Source of the DNA: an uncultured Thermoplasmatales archaeon
Lineage (GTDB): Archaea; Thermoplasmatota; E2; DHVEG-1
Assembly (NCBI GenBank): GCA_964526175.1
Contig: CAZGIV010000002.1
Location: 1 to 45,499 of the forward strand
Length of the DNA: 45,499 nt
Direction of reading: 5' to 3'
Shown: positions 1-8,307 of the stretch, in pieces
Numbering within the stretch: the first letter of the stretch is position 1
How the letters are laid out: each line of letters starts with the position of its first letter
Made by a program: the position numbers and the translations under genes
The notes under the pieces: generated by a model
Told to the model about the DNA's origin: nothing
Database searches by the model: none
What the model saw: the letters and a program-made list of their open reading frames with translations, nothing else

Positions 1-85
1 CCGTGGAAATCCCAGATCGTTTCGCATAAATCGCAGCGGAAAAACCAGCAGGACCAGCACCAACAATCGCTAATTCATACTCCAT
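1..85 (-). CDS. FAD/NAD(P)-dependent pyridine nucleotide-disulfide oxidoreductase, thioredoxin-reductase-like (5' end only, runs off the window)
   Basis: A minus-strand ATG at 85..83 opens MEYELAIVGAGPAGFSAAIYAKRSGIST... This has the GxGxxG dinucleotide-binding motif typical of the N-terminus of TrxB-type flavoproteins. Only 28 codons are visible. It lies 36 nt downstream of the nrdG stop. Confidence 0.45.
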   Translation of the reverse strand, partial: MEYELAIVGAGPAGFSAAIYAKRSGIST

Positions 86-120
86 GGAACACCTCATTGA
101 ATATGTACTATTTCAATGTT

Positions 121-813
121 TTAAACACCTCTCACAGCACAGCGTTTAAAAAATGGTTTAATTACAGTAAGTGTTTCGTACAGATACTCCCGAGAATAAG
201 GAACCGTCTTTTCAAGAACGGATGACATGAGCGGCGAAATTGGTTTGAATTGCTGCAGATAATACGCATCTGCTCCGCTAAGCCATCGTGCGATTTCAAT
301 GATGTCTTCTTTTTTTAACAGGCTTGGGATGAAGGTTGTTTTGAACTCATATGCGGGTGCCTTGGTTTTAATCAGATCAATCGAAGCTTCAATCTTCGCC
401 ATTTCCACCGGCAGACCAGCGAGCTGATGATATTTACTTTTAGGAGCTTTCACGTCCATGGCAACGTAATCAACAAGCTGTTTTTCCAAGAGTTCACCAA
501 GTTTTTCTGGATACCCACCGTTCGTATCAATCTTAACCAGAAACCTTTGCTTCTTAATTTTTTCAATAAAATCAACGATATCTTCTTGCCCCAAAGGTTC
601 TCCACCAGAAATCACCACGCCTTCAAGCTGTTCTTTTCGCTTCGAAAGAAACGAAAGGATTTCATCCTCAGGGAATAACTCAGCGGTTCCCAGCGCAAGA
701 CTCTTATTATAACAGAACGGGCAGCGGAAGTTACATCCGCTAGCCCAGACTATCGCACTAATCCGATCTGGATAATCAAGCAACGATGTTTTTTGAAAGC
801 CACCTATCTTCAT
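121..813 (-). CDS. nrdG: Anaerobic ribonucleoside-triphosphate reductase activating protein (radical SAM)
   Basis: 230-aa ORF. CNFRCPFCYN is the CxxxCxxC radical-SAM cluster motif near the N-terminus. The start overlaps the nrdD stop (ATGA at 810-813). Confidence 0.85.
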   Translation of the reverse strand: MKIGGFQKTSLLDYPDRISAIVWASGCNFRCPFCYNKSLALGTAELFPEDEILSFLSKRKEQLEGVVISGGEPLGQEDIVDFIEKIKKQRFLVKIDTNGGYPEKLGELLEKQLVDYVAMDVKAPKSKYHQLAGLPVEMAKIEASIDLIKTKAPAYEFKTTFIPSLLKKEDIIEIARWLSGADAYYLQQFKPISPLMSSVLEKTVPYSREYLYETLTVIKPFFKRCAVRGV

Positions 814-3800
814 TGCGTAACAAGTACCTTCTCCTGGAGGTCAAATGTTGTTCGATCGCGGAACTCCTGCTGTTTCCCTTTGTTCCACTGGTTCACCGGG
901 CGGATGTAGCCGACTACCCGAGAATAGATTTCGCATTCCGTAGTCTTTTTTACAGCCTGACAGGTTGGGCAGAACTGATGCTCACCAGCGATGTACCCAT
1001 GATCTGGGCAGATACTGAACGTCGGGGTGATGGTATAATAGGGGAGCGAGTAGTTCTGTGCGACCTTCCGAACAAGATTCTTCGTTGCAGTCGGCGATGG
1101 CTCCTCCTCGCCAAGGAAGATGTGTAGAACTGTACCACCGGTGTATTTTGTCTGCAGGGCATCCTGGAGGTCAAGTGCCTCGAATACATCCGTGGTGAAA
1201 CCAACAGGCAGCTGCGTGGAATTCGTGTAGTACGGCTCGACATCTCTGCCTCGGTTCTGCGCATACACCTCTTGGTTGAATGTCCGAATCTCAGGATATT
1301 CCTTCTTATCAATACGTGCCAACCTGTAGCTTGTGCCCTCAGCAGGTGTGGCCTCAAGATTAAATATATTCCCAGTTTCTTGCTGGAAATCCGCTATTCG
1401 ATTCCGCATGAAGTCAAGAACTTTTTCAGCAAACGCCTTACCTTCTTTATCAGCAATACTATTATTCATGAAGTTAAGCAGGGCATCGTTCATACCGATG
1501 AGACCAATCGTGGAGAAATGATTCTTCCAGTATTCGCCAAAGACCTTCTTTACATCGGAAAGATAAAACCGTGAGTACGGATGCAACCCGCTCTCTGTAA
1601 GATTCTCAATAAGGTCTCGTTTGATCTCAAGGCTCTGTCGTGCAAGCATCATCAGTGTGTCAAGTCGTTCAAAGAAATCCGCGTCATCTTTCGCAAGATA
1701 CCCGATCCGTGGCATGTTGATGGTGACGACACCAACAGATCCGGTTTTCGGATTCGCACCAAAAAGACCACCACCGCGTTTTCGTAATTCTCTGTTGTCG
1801 AGCTTAAGTCTGCAACACATACTTCTGGCATCATCAGGTTTCATGTCACTGTTGATGAAGTTGGAGAAATAGGGAATGCCGTATTTTGCGGTCATGTCCC
1901 AGAGCGGCTGAAGGTTGTCGTTCTCCCAGTTGAAATCCTTAGTAATATTATAGGTAGGGATGGGAAAGGTATTATGAACGAGAAATTGATGGGCAATGAA
2001 GTTCTCAGTATCCGTAGAGAAATCGTACACCCATCCATTCGACGTGACAGCTGGTGTAATATGTTTGATCTTAAAGAAGAGAAGATTATCTGCTTCGATA
2101 TCGCGAAGAGCAGGGGGTATTTCAATATGCAAGGCTCGTGCTTCATCAAGGATTTTCTTTACGATTTGGAGGCTGACCGAATGCTGTTTTGTTATCCCAA
2201 AGTGTGATAATTCTCGCTTCACTGTATTAGCAAATCGTCGTTTTTTAGCATCATAATAGAATGGTTTTTTTTCAATTATTTTACCAGCTAGATCCTCAAG
2301 ACCGCTTTCTTTGATTGGTGTTTTTCCAATGGACCTTGATGTTTTGGAGAGAAGCTTATTGTTATTCCAGATATTAATTCTCCAGTACCTCCTCCCCTGT
2401 GAAGTATATGGAGTAAGCGTATGGAAAACATCAAGTTGTTTTAATAACGTTGAAAGACCATAGATCAGTTCTTCAGAGTTTGAATTTGCAATAATATCCT
2501 TAGTAATCCACGCATCACCTCTGAAATATGAATTTAAAAATATTTGTTTTTTCTCAGATGATAATCCGAAGATAATTTGTGGGACTTTCTTACCGGTTCT
2601 ATTCCCAACGTCAAAGACTTCTAAGAGTATACGTCGTACCAATTTGGAATGCACGCGGATTTCAATGAGGTTTCTCTCTTTAATTTCACGGATGATAACA
2701 GGAACCTTGAAGATTTTTTTAACTAAACCAGCGACATGGGCAGCAACTTTTTTCTCCTTACGCAAGTTGAAACCAAGACTGATGCCACCGTACTTTTTAT
2801 TTCGTTCAGCAGATCCTTCTGCGCAATACCACCCAAGGAATTCGATAAGCTCTGTAGTAAATGCTAAAGAATCAGCAATTTTAATTTTGGAACCTGCTAA
2901 ATTAAGCATTGCCTTCGATAGATCAAAATCTGTTAGTCTTGATGCGATATTGTTTAAAGGAACGACATCGACCATATAGTCATATTTGGTTTTTGCATTA
3001 CATTGGCGTTTCTCTTTATACGCAACATGATTTTTTCTTACTTTTGTAAGATACAACCCATCTTGTTTGCCTTTGCGAATAAATTCTTGAGAAAGAGAAA
3101 TTTCTCGATTTTCTTCTTCCGAAGGTATGACTCTTGGTGAGATGAGATATTCTCCTTCCTTTAGTTCAGATGCTGGGCAATCTTGAATAACTCCGTTCCG
3201 GAGAACGAAGATTGAGTGAGAGGGAGTAACATTAATATTGAAACCTCCCGTGGTGGCAATGTTCAGAAGATTTTTTTGTGGATGGCGAACAACATAGTTG
3301 ATACGCTCCCAGCGTACTTTGCCATTTTTCACCCCTGAACATTTTAGCCCTAGTTTCCTAACGTCTAGAACCTGGCAGTCATTTTCCTTGAAGTACGTTG
3401 GTGCTTGTTTGTCCATAAGACCATCAATATATTCTCCTATCCGTACGAGTTTGGTATGGCCGGAGTTTTTAATCGGACAAAGACAGTTACCATCAACGCT
3501 AAACGGTCGTCCTTTTGCGTCTCCGTCATGCATGATCTCCGCGAATGCATGGTTTATCATATCCATTTCGCTGGTGTACTCGCTATAATTGTTGTCCGTT
3601 AGGTTCCCACCGATGATCGCTGGTTCTTCAACCATGTAACCAGGGACGGTAAGATCCATAGTAACATTGGTGAACGGACTTTGAAAACCGACCCGTGTGG
3701 GTACGTTCATGTTGAAAAGGAATTTCTGCATTTCTTGTTTTACTGCACCATATTGTAAAGCATCTTTGGCGATGAACGGGGCGAGTAAGGAGTCAAAGTT

Positions 3801-4484
3801 TGAAAGCGCTTGTGCACCTGCTGCCTCACCTTGCAATGTATACAAATAGTTAACAATCTGCATAAGAGCGGTGCTGAAATGCTTCGCTGGTTTACTTTCA
3901 ATCTTTCCAGATACTCCCTTGAAACCAAGAAGTAACAGGTCTTTTAAATCCCACCCTACACAATAACTTCCAAGAGTGCCAAGATCGTGAATATGATAAT
4001 CTCCCTTGGTGTGAGCGTCTCCGATTTCTGGTGGGTAGATCTTATTGAGCCAATAATGCGATATTATGCTTTCTGTAGCGTATACATTCAATCCTTGGAG
4101 CGAGTAGCTCATGTTGCTGTTCTCGTTGACTTTCCAATCCAACATGCTGAGGTAATCATCAACCACATCGATGTCTTTGAGTAATCCTCCGATTTCTCGC
4201 ATGTCCTGGTGTTGTTTCCGGTAGAGGATGAATGCTTTCGCGGTTTTCGCATGACCGTCCTCGATGATGACTTTTTCGACGGTATCCTGGACTTGTTCAA
4301 CGGTAGGGATTTCACTACGTTTCAACTCTTTCTCAAGTATTGCGATAACTTTGTCAGTGAGTTCAGCTGCTTTCTTGTAGTCTTTTCCACCAACTGCTTG
4401 TGCTGCTTTCCAGATTGCTTCTGTGATTCTGACTGGGTTGAAGTCAACAATTTTCCCATCTCTTTTTTTTATCTTTCGTATCAT
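810..4484 (-). CDS. nrdD: Anaerobic (class III) ribonucleoside-triphosphate reductase, intein-containing
   Basis: 1224-aa ORF with an N-terminal ATP-cone (MIRKIKKRDGKIVDFNPVRI...). The C-terminus has a Cys cluster (CPDHGY...FCPTC) and the glycyl-radical motif SRVVGYIRPV. The extein is interrupted between ...DAKGRPF and TFPIPTYN... by an intein. Confidence 0.9.
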   Translation of the reverse strand: MIRKIKKRDGKIVDFNPVRITEAIWKAAQAVGGKDYKKAAELTDKVIAILEKELKRSEIPTVEQVQDTVEKVIIEDGHAKTAKAFILYRKQHQDMREIGGLLKDIDVVDDYLSMLDWKVNENSNMSYSLQGLNVYATESIISHYWLNKIYPPEIGDAHTKGDYHIHDLGTLGSYCVGWDLKDLLLLGFKGVSGKIESKPAKHFSTALMQIVNYLYTLQGEAAGAQALSNFDSLLAPFIAKDALQYGAVKQEMQKFLFNMNVPTRVGFQSPFTNVTMDLTVPGYMVEEPAIIGGNLTDNNYSEYTSEMDMINHAFAEIMHDGDAKGRPFSVDGNCLCPIKNSGHTKLVRIGEYIDGLMDKQAPTYFKENDCQVLDVRKLGLKCSGVKNGKVRWERINYVVRHPQKNLLNIATTGGFNINVTPSHSIFVLRNGVIQDCPASELKEGEYLISPRVIPSEEENREISLSQEFIRKGKQDGLYLTKVRKNHVAYKEKRQCNAKTKYDYMVDVVPLNNIASRLTDFDLSKAMLNLAGSKIKIADSLAFTTELIEFLGWYCAEGSAERNKKYGGISLGFNLRKEKKVAAHVAGLVKKIFKVPVIIREIKERNLIEIRVHSKLVRRILLEVFDVGNRTGKKVPQIIFGLSSEKKQIFLNSYFRGDAWITKDIIANSNSEELIYGLSTLLKQLDVFHTLTPYTSQGRRYWRINIWNNNKLLSKTSRSIGKTPIKESGLEDLAGKIIEKKPFYYDAKKRRFANTVKRELSHFGITKQHSVSLQIVKKILDEARALHIEIPPALRDIEADNLLFFKIKHITPAVTSNGWVYDFSTDTENFIAHQFLVHNTFPIPTYNITKDFNWENDNLQPLWDMTAKYGIPYFSNFINSDMKPDDARSMCCRLKLDNRELRKRGGGLFGANPKTGSVGVVTINMPRIGYLAKDDADFFERLDTLMMLARQSLEIKRDLIENLTESGLHPYSRFYLSDVKKVFGEYWKNHFSTIGLIGMNDALLNFMNNSIADKEGKAFAEKVLDFMRNRIADFQQETGNIFNLEATPAEGTSYRLARIDKKEYPEIRTFNQEVYAQNRGRDVEPYYTNSTQLPVGFTTDVFEALDLQDALQTKYTGGTVLHIFLGEEEPSPTATKNLVRKVAQNYSLPYYTITPTFSICPDHGYIAGEHQFCPTCQAVKKTTECEIYSRVVGYIRPVNQWNKGKQQEFRDRTTFDLQEKVLVTQ
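1971..3500 (-). mobile_element. NrdD intein (510 aa) with LAGLIDADG homing-endonuclease domain
   Basis: In-frame insert covering residues 329-838. It starts SVDGNCLCPI (block A-like, Ser1) and has TPSH (block B, TxxH). LAGLIDADG motifs are LIEFLGWYCAEGS and IFLNSYFRGDAWI. It ends VYDFSTDTENFIAHQFLVHN, followed by Thr+1. Removing it joins GRPF|TFPIPTYN, a conserved NrdD stretch. Confidence 0.85.
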
Positions 4485-4498
4485 ATGTACATCTCCTC

Positions 4499-4945
4499 CT
4501 ATTTTTCTGTGAGATTTTTAACCTCTTTTTCAAAGCTGGTGACGTCAGTGAACTGCCGATAAACCGATGCGAATCGGATGTAGGCGACGTGATCAACTTC
4601 TTTTAATGCATCCATAACGTATTCCCCTATGAGTGAGGTTCCGATTTCTTCTTTTCCGACGCGTCTGATTTTTTCTTCAATTCCATCAATCATTTCTTCG
4701 ATTTTTTCGTAGGTGATTGGACGTTTTTCAAGTGCTTTTTCTATTCCGTTTCTTATTTTACAGCGGTCGAATCGTTCTCGTCTGCCGTCTTTTTTTATGA
4801 CGAAAAGTGGTGCCATTTCGATGTATTCGTAGGTCGTGAATCGTTTGTTGCAGTTGAGACATTCTCGTCGTCTGCGTATGGATCCTCCTGTATCGCGAGA
4901 GTCGGTAACCTTCGTGTCAATATGATTACAATAGGGGCAATTCAT
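4499..4945 (-). CDS. nrdR: Transcriptional repressor NrdR (zinc ribbon + ATP-cone)
   Basis: 148 aa, [40 protein letters not shown]. This is the CxxC...CxxC ribbon, followed by an ATP-cone ([16 protein letters not shown]...). The stop is 14 nt upstream of the nrdD start. Confidence 0.85.
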   Translation of the reverse strand: MNCPYCNHIDTKVTDSRDTGGSIRRRRECLNCNKRFTTYEYIEMAPLFVIKKDGRRERFDRCKIRNGIEKALEKRPITYEKIEEMIDGIEEKIRRVGKEEIGTSLIGEYVMDALKEVDHVAYIRFASVYRQFTDVTSFEKEVKNLTEK

Positions 4946-4958
4946 CTCCCATCACCAC

Positions 4959-4974
4959 ATACAATATATAGTAT
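4959..4974. promoter_or_regulatory. NrdR box 1 (proximal)
   Basis: ATACAATATATAGTAT is a 16-mer that is palindromic at 14 of 16 positions. It matches the published NrdR-box consensus acaCwAtATaTwGtgt. It lies 14 nt upstream of the nrdR ATG. Confidence 0.6.
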
Positions 4975-4989
4975 AGCAAAAATCTTAAG

Positions 4990-5005
4990 CTACAAACTGT
5001 AGTAT
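4990..5005. promoter_or_regulatory. NrdR box 2 (distal)
   Basis: CTACAAACTGTAGTAT is identical to box 1 at 12 of 16 positions and keeps the C-A...T-G core. It starts exactly 31 bp from the start of box 1, which is the usual tandem-box spacing. Confidence 0.5.
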
Positions 5006-5092
5006 AGTTGAATGGTTTTTAAGTCTTTTGATTTTTTAAAAAAAATATGGTTTTCTTCCGTCTTATTTATTAACTATTTTGACTGAGACATG

Positions 5093-5722
5093 TTAGAGTG
5101 TGACGGTTTTTACGTGCGTGATTGCATGCTGTACAAGCTCATCGATGTTGATTTTTTGTTCTTCGGAAAGTATCTGCTCAAGACGTGCCTGGGTGGATGG
5201 TTTGGCCGGGACTGCATCACAGCCATGAGCAGGTGCAATTGATAACTCAAAGGTCCCAATTTTTTTTGCTATCTGAATCGTGTCTTCTTTATCAAATCCG
5301 ATCAATGGTCTGAGAATCGGGATGTTGACTGCTTGTTCCACGACGCGGATGTTTTGAAGCGTCTGTGATGCAACCTGACCGAGGGAATCTCCCATGATGA
5401 TTGCATCCGCGTGTTCTTTTGTTGCGATTGCTTCTGCATAGCGGAGCATCATCCGTTTGCAGACGACGCAGGTGAATTTGCTATCTGAGTTTGTTATGTA
5501 GGATTGAAGAGTCTTCCCATGAGGAACGAGCATTGCTTTTAGTTCCGAAGGTACCAGTTTTTTAAGGTATTTGGCAAGGGTAATAAATTTGTCTATCTCA
5601 CGGTCATCGGTAAACGGCCGATTATCAGCATGAAGTAAAACAATCTCATCTGCATTCTTTGAAAGCAGGTACGTTGCAACAGGTGAATCAATCCCACTGG
5701 AGACCAATGCAACAAATTTCAT
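5093..5722 (-). CDS. ThiI-like PP-loop ATPase (tRNA 4-thiouridine/sulfurtransferase family) lacking a THUMP domain
   Basis: 209 aa. The N-terminal SSGIDSPVA is the ThiI-type PP-loop (SGGxDSPVA). It also has a CVVC (CxxC) motif and a later GCDAVP Cys. No N-terminal ferredoxin-like/THUMP domain and no rhodanese domain are present. Confidence 0.65.
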   Translation of the reverse strand: MKFVALVSSGIDSPVATYLLSKNADEIVLLHADNRPFTDDREIDKFITLAKYLKKLVPSELKAMLVPHGKTLQSYITNSDSKFTCVVCKRMMLRYAEAIATKEHADAIIMGDSLGQVASQTLQNIRVVEQAVNIPILRPLIGFDKEDTIQIAKKIGTFELSIAPAHGCDAVPAKPSTQARLEQILSEEQKINIDELVQHAITHVKTVTL

Positions 5723-6069
5723 GCGGTCTCCATTTCAATGTAGTCAAGGTATTCTTTCAGTCCGCCAATTGGGGGAAACACGATAATTTCAGGGATCTCA
5801 TACGGATGGAGGGAACGGATCTTCTGTATTGCTTTTTCGACATTACGGTCAGTGGTTTTTGCTAGGAGAACACATTCAGTGGTTTCCTCAATTTTTCCTT
5901 GCCAGCGGTAGACGGACTCAATCCTAGGTATGATGTGGGCACAAGCAACAAGTTTTTCTTTTACGAGTGAGCGTGCAATAGTTTTTGCTGTGTCGACGGT
6001 ATCAGTTGTTGAATAAATAATAGAAACCATGGTCGTACCCATAGAGAAGATGATTTTAAGAGTTTGCAT
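5719..6069 (-). CDS. cutA: Divalent-cation tolerance protein CutA
   Basis: The CutA1 pattern is SIIYSTTDTVDTAKTIARSLVKEKLVACAHIIP..SVYRWQGKIEE..E..L..KT. The real start is probably Met14 (coordinate 6030). The stop overlaps the downstream start at 5719-5722. Confidence 0.75.
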   Translation of the reverse strand: MQTLKIIFSMGTTMVSIIYSTTDTVDTAKTIARSLVKEKLVACAHIIPRIESVYRWQGKIEETTECVLLAKTTDRNVEKAIQKIRSLHPYEIPEIIVFPPIGGLKEYLDYIEMETA

Positions 6070-6466
6070 CCAGGAGAGATGATCTCATTTGAAGGGTTTT
6101 TGCCTCCTGTATTATTTCTTGGTATGATCCATGGAATAAATGACTTTTACAGGAACAATCGCTGCACCCAAACCCGGGAATATGGGTAAAATTCCTTTCG
6201 AGAACTTGAGCTATTGTACATTCTTCCTTTTGATCATTTTCTTTATAGAATATGTCAACGATCTCGATAAACGGGAGAAGATAATCGATATGCCAATGAA
6301 CCTTTTTTTCTGTCCTGAGATGTCGTTGAATCCGTTGATCAAGCCCGTTTAACGCAGAACCAACGTACACATACCATCCTTTTTTAAATTGAATCACTCC
6401 GAGTTTTCCTACCATAAGAGAGGTTTTCTTAGGAAGTTTCATGATAAGGAGGTAGGTACCTTTCAT
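6056..6466 (-). CDS. GIY-YIG superfamily protein, DUF123 family
   Basis: 136 aa with GWYVYVGSALNGLDQRIQRHLRTEKKVHWHIDYL, the characteristic DUF123/Uri-like signature. Confidence 0.6.
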   Translation of the reverse strand: MKGTYLLIMKLPKKTSLMVGKLGVIQFKKGWYVYVGSALNGLDQRIQRHLRTEKKVHWHIDYLLPFIEIVDIFYKENDQKEECTIAQVLERNFTHIPGFGCSDCSCKSHLFHGSYQEIIQEAKTLQMRSSLLDANS

Positions 6467-6503
6467 CGATAGGATATGTCCATATATTCTTATAAGACAG
6501 ATT

Positions 6504-6884
6504 GTGTTTCATCTTCTGATGACAACACATAATCCTCAATTCATTACCGTTGATTCCCTTGCTTCTGCAAGAAAAGAAATCAAAAAGATAGGAAGCGATC
6601 CGAACAGCATCGACATCATGGCTCCAAAAGCGGTTTTTAAGATTATAAAACTAGAGAAAATCATATTGCAGGATGCGATTATCATGAAACAAGACATGCT
6701 TTCTCTAGGAGGTGAGGTGGCAATCCCTAGAGATGCCTTTGAGTTGAAAAAAAACCCTGCGGATATTCTGGTGATGGGAACGATCACACAACTCCGAGAG
6801 TTAGTTGGTAAACTGCACCGTCATTACCCTCGTCTCCAGGCAATTGCCGCTGAACTTGCTGTTTTATTGAAAAAGAGCTCATAA
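6504..6884 (+). CDS. Small protein resembling the N-terminal accessory domain found fused to some dihydropteroate synthases
   Basis: 126 aa with a GTG start. The pattern GSDPNSIDIMAPKAVFKIIKLEKI...IMKQDMLSLGGEVAI...DILVMGTITQLRELVGKL was recalled from DHPS-associated domains. The assignment is from memory only. Confidence 0.4.
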   Translation: MFHLLMTTHNPQFITVDSLASARKEIKKIGSDPNSIDIMAPKAVFKIIKLEKIILQDAIIMKQDMLSLGGEVAIPRDAFELKKNPADILVMGTITQLRELVGKLHRHYPRLQAIAAELAVLLKKSS

Positions 6885-6940
6885 GAGAATGAGCCCCAAA
6901 AAAGACATTAACTCATAGATGATTCTAGGTCGGAGGCCGT

Positions 6941-8290
6941 ATGGAGAACCCTGTGTGTCCCCTTGATTTTCGCTATGGGCGAAAAGAAATAAAAGAAGTA
7001 TTCGGTGAAAAAAGTAAGCTACAATATCTCTTAGATGTTGAAGCTGCACTCGCTCGTGCTCATGCTGCTGTCGGCAATATTTCAAAAAAGGCTGCAGACG
7101 AAATCTCAAAGAAAGCCTCTGTAAAATACGTCACGGTAAAACGAGTCAATGAAATCGAGAAAGAAACCAGGCATGACATCATGGCAGTCACCAAGGCCTT
7201 AAGCGAGGCCTGTAGTGGTGATGCCGGAAAATACGTTCATCTCGGTGCAACCAGCTATGATATTGTCGATACCGCAAATGCATTGCAATTCGCAGCCGCA
7301 ACAGATCTAATCAAAGCACAAGTAAGGGAACTGCGTGTGACCCTCGTCAGTCTTGCGAAGGAATACAAAAACACGATCATGGCAGGACGGACGCATGGCC
7401 AGTATTCCATTCCGATTACCTTTGGGTTGAAAATAGCGGTGTTCGCGATGGAAGTCGACCGTCATATGGAACGGCTTCATGAGTGTAAATCACGCTTGTT
7501 GGTCGGGAAGATGTCTGGTGCGGTCGGCTCTGGTGCAGCGATGGGGAAACATGCGTTGAAAATCCAGGAGCTTGTTATGGCCGATTTGAAACTCGGAACT
7601 GAGGATGCAGCAACGCAGATTGTGGGCCGTGATCGCTATATCGAACTGTTGTCAGTGTTAGCGAATATCGCAAGTAGTATGGAGAAGTTTGCTACGGAGA
7701 TCCGGAATTTGCAACGCAGTGAGATTGGGGAAGTCTCGGAGGCATTCGAGGCAAAAAAACAGGTCGGTTCATCGACGATGCCACAGAAACGAAATCCGAT
7801 CCTCTGCGAACAAGTCTGTGGGTTAGCTCGTGTTATACGAAGCTTCATTATCCCTGCGTATGAGAACGCCATCCAATGGCATGAGCGAGACCTCTGTAAT
7901 TCCTCTTCAGAACGATTCATCCTTCCTCACTCATTGATTATGACGGATTGGATTGTGTTTCAGATGAATAAGGTGTTTCGGAGCCTGCAGGTATACCCGG
8001 AGCGGATGCGGGAGAACCTGGAGAATTCAAAAGGGTTGCCTATGGCTGAGGCAGTCATGACGAAACTTGTGCAGAAAGGCATGGGCCGGGGTGATGCTCA
8101 TGAGCTGGTGAGAACCTGTTCTCTGAAGGCAGTCAATGACAATAGACATCTACTCTCCGTATTACTTGAAAATCCAAAGGTTGCAAAACTGCTCAAGAGG
8201 AAAGAACTCGAAGAAGTTATGAACCCGAGGAACTATCTTGGTGTCTCCGATAAAATCGTTGATCATGTGGTAAAGAAACTGACACGATAG
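6941..8290 (+). CDS. purB: Adenylosuccinate lyase
   Basis: 449 aa. The N-terminus is CPLDFRYG and the fumarate-lyase signature is GSSTMPQKRNP. Confidence 0.9.
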   Translation: MENPVCPLDFRYGRKEIKEVFGEKSKLQYLLDVEAALARAHAAVGNISKKAADEISKKASVKYVTVKRVNEIEKETRHDIMAVTKALSEACSGDAGKYVHLGATSYDIVDTANALQFAAATDLIKAQVRELRVTLVSLAKEYKNTIMAGRTHGQYSIPITFGLKIAVFAMEVDRHMERLHECKSRLLVGKMSGAVGSGAAMGKHALKIQELVMADLKLGTEDAATQIVGRDRYIELLSVLANIASSMEKFATEIRNLQRSEIGEVSEAFEAKKQVGSSTMPQKRNPILCEQVCGLARVIRSFIIPAYENAIQWHERDLCNSSSERFILPHSLIMTDWIVFQMNKVFRSLQVYPERMRENLENSKGLPMAEAVMTKLVQKGMGRGDAHELVRTCSLKAVNDNRHLLSVLLENPKVAKLLKRKELEEVMNPRNYLGVSDKIVDHVVKKLTR

Positions 8291-8307
8291 AAAAAAGGTG
8301 CTAAACC

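Noticed and set aside
810-4484. Many 60-135-aa ORFs on both strands within the nrdD span (for example 950-1357, 1272-1574, 2644-2979).
   Set aside because: All of them are nested in, or antisense to, the intein-containing nrdD frame. None has a recognisable motif.
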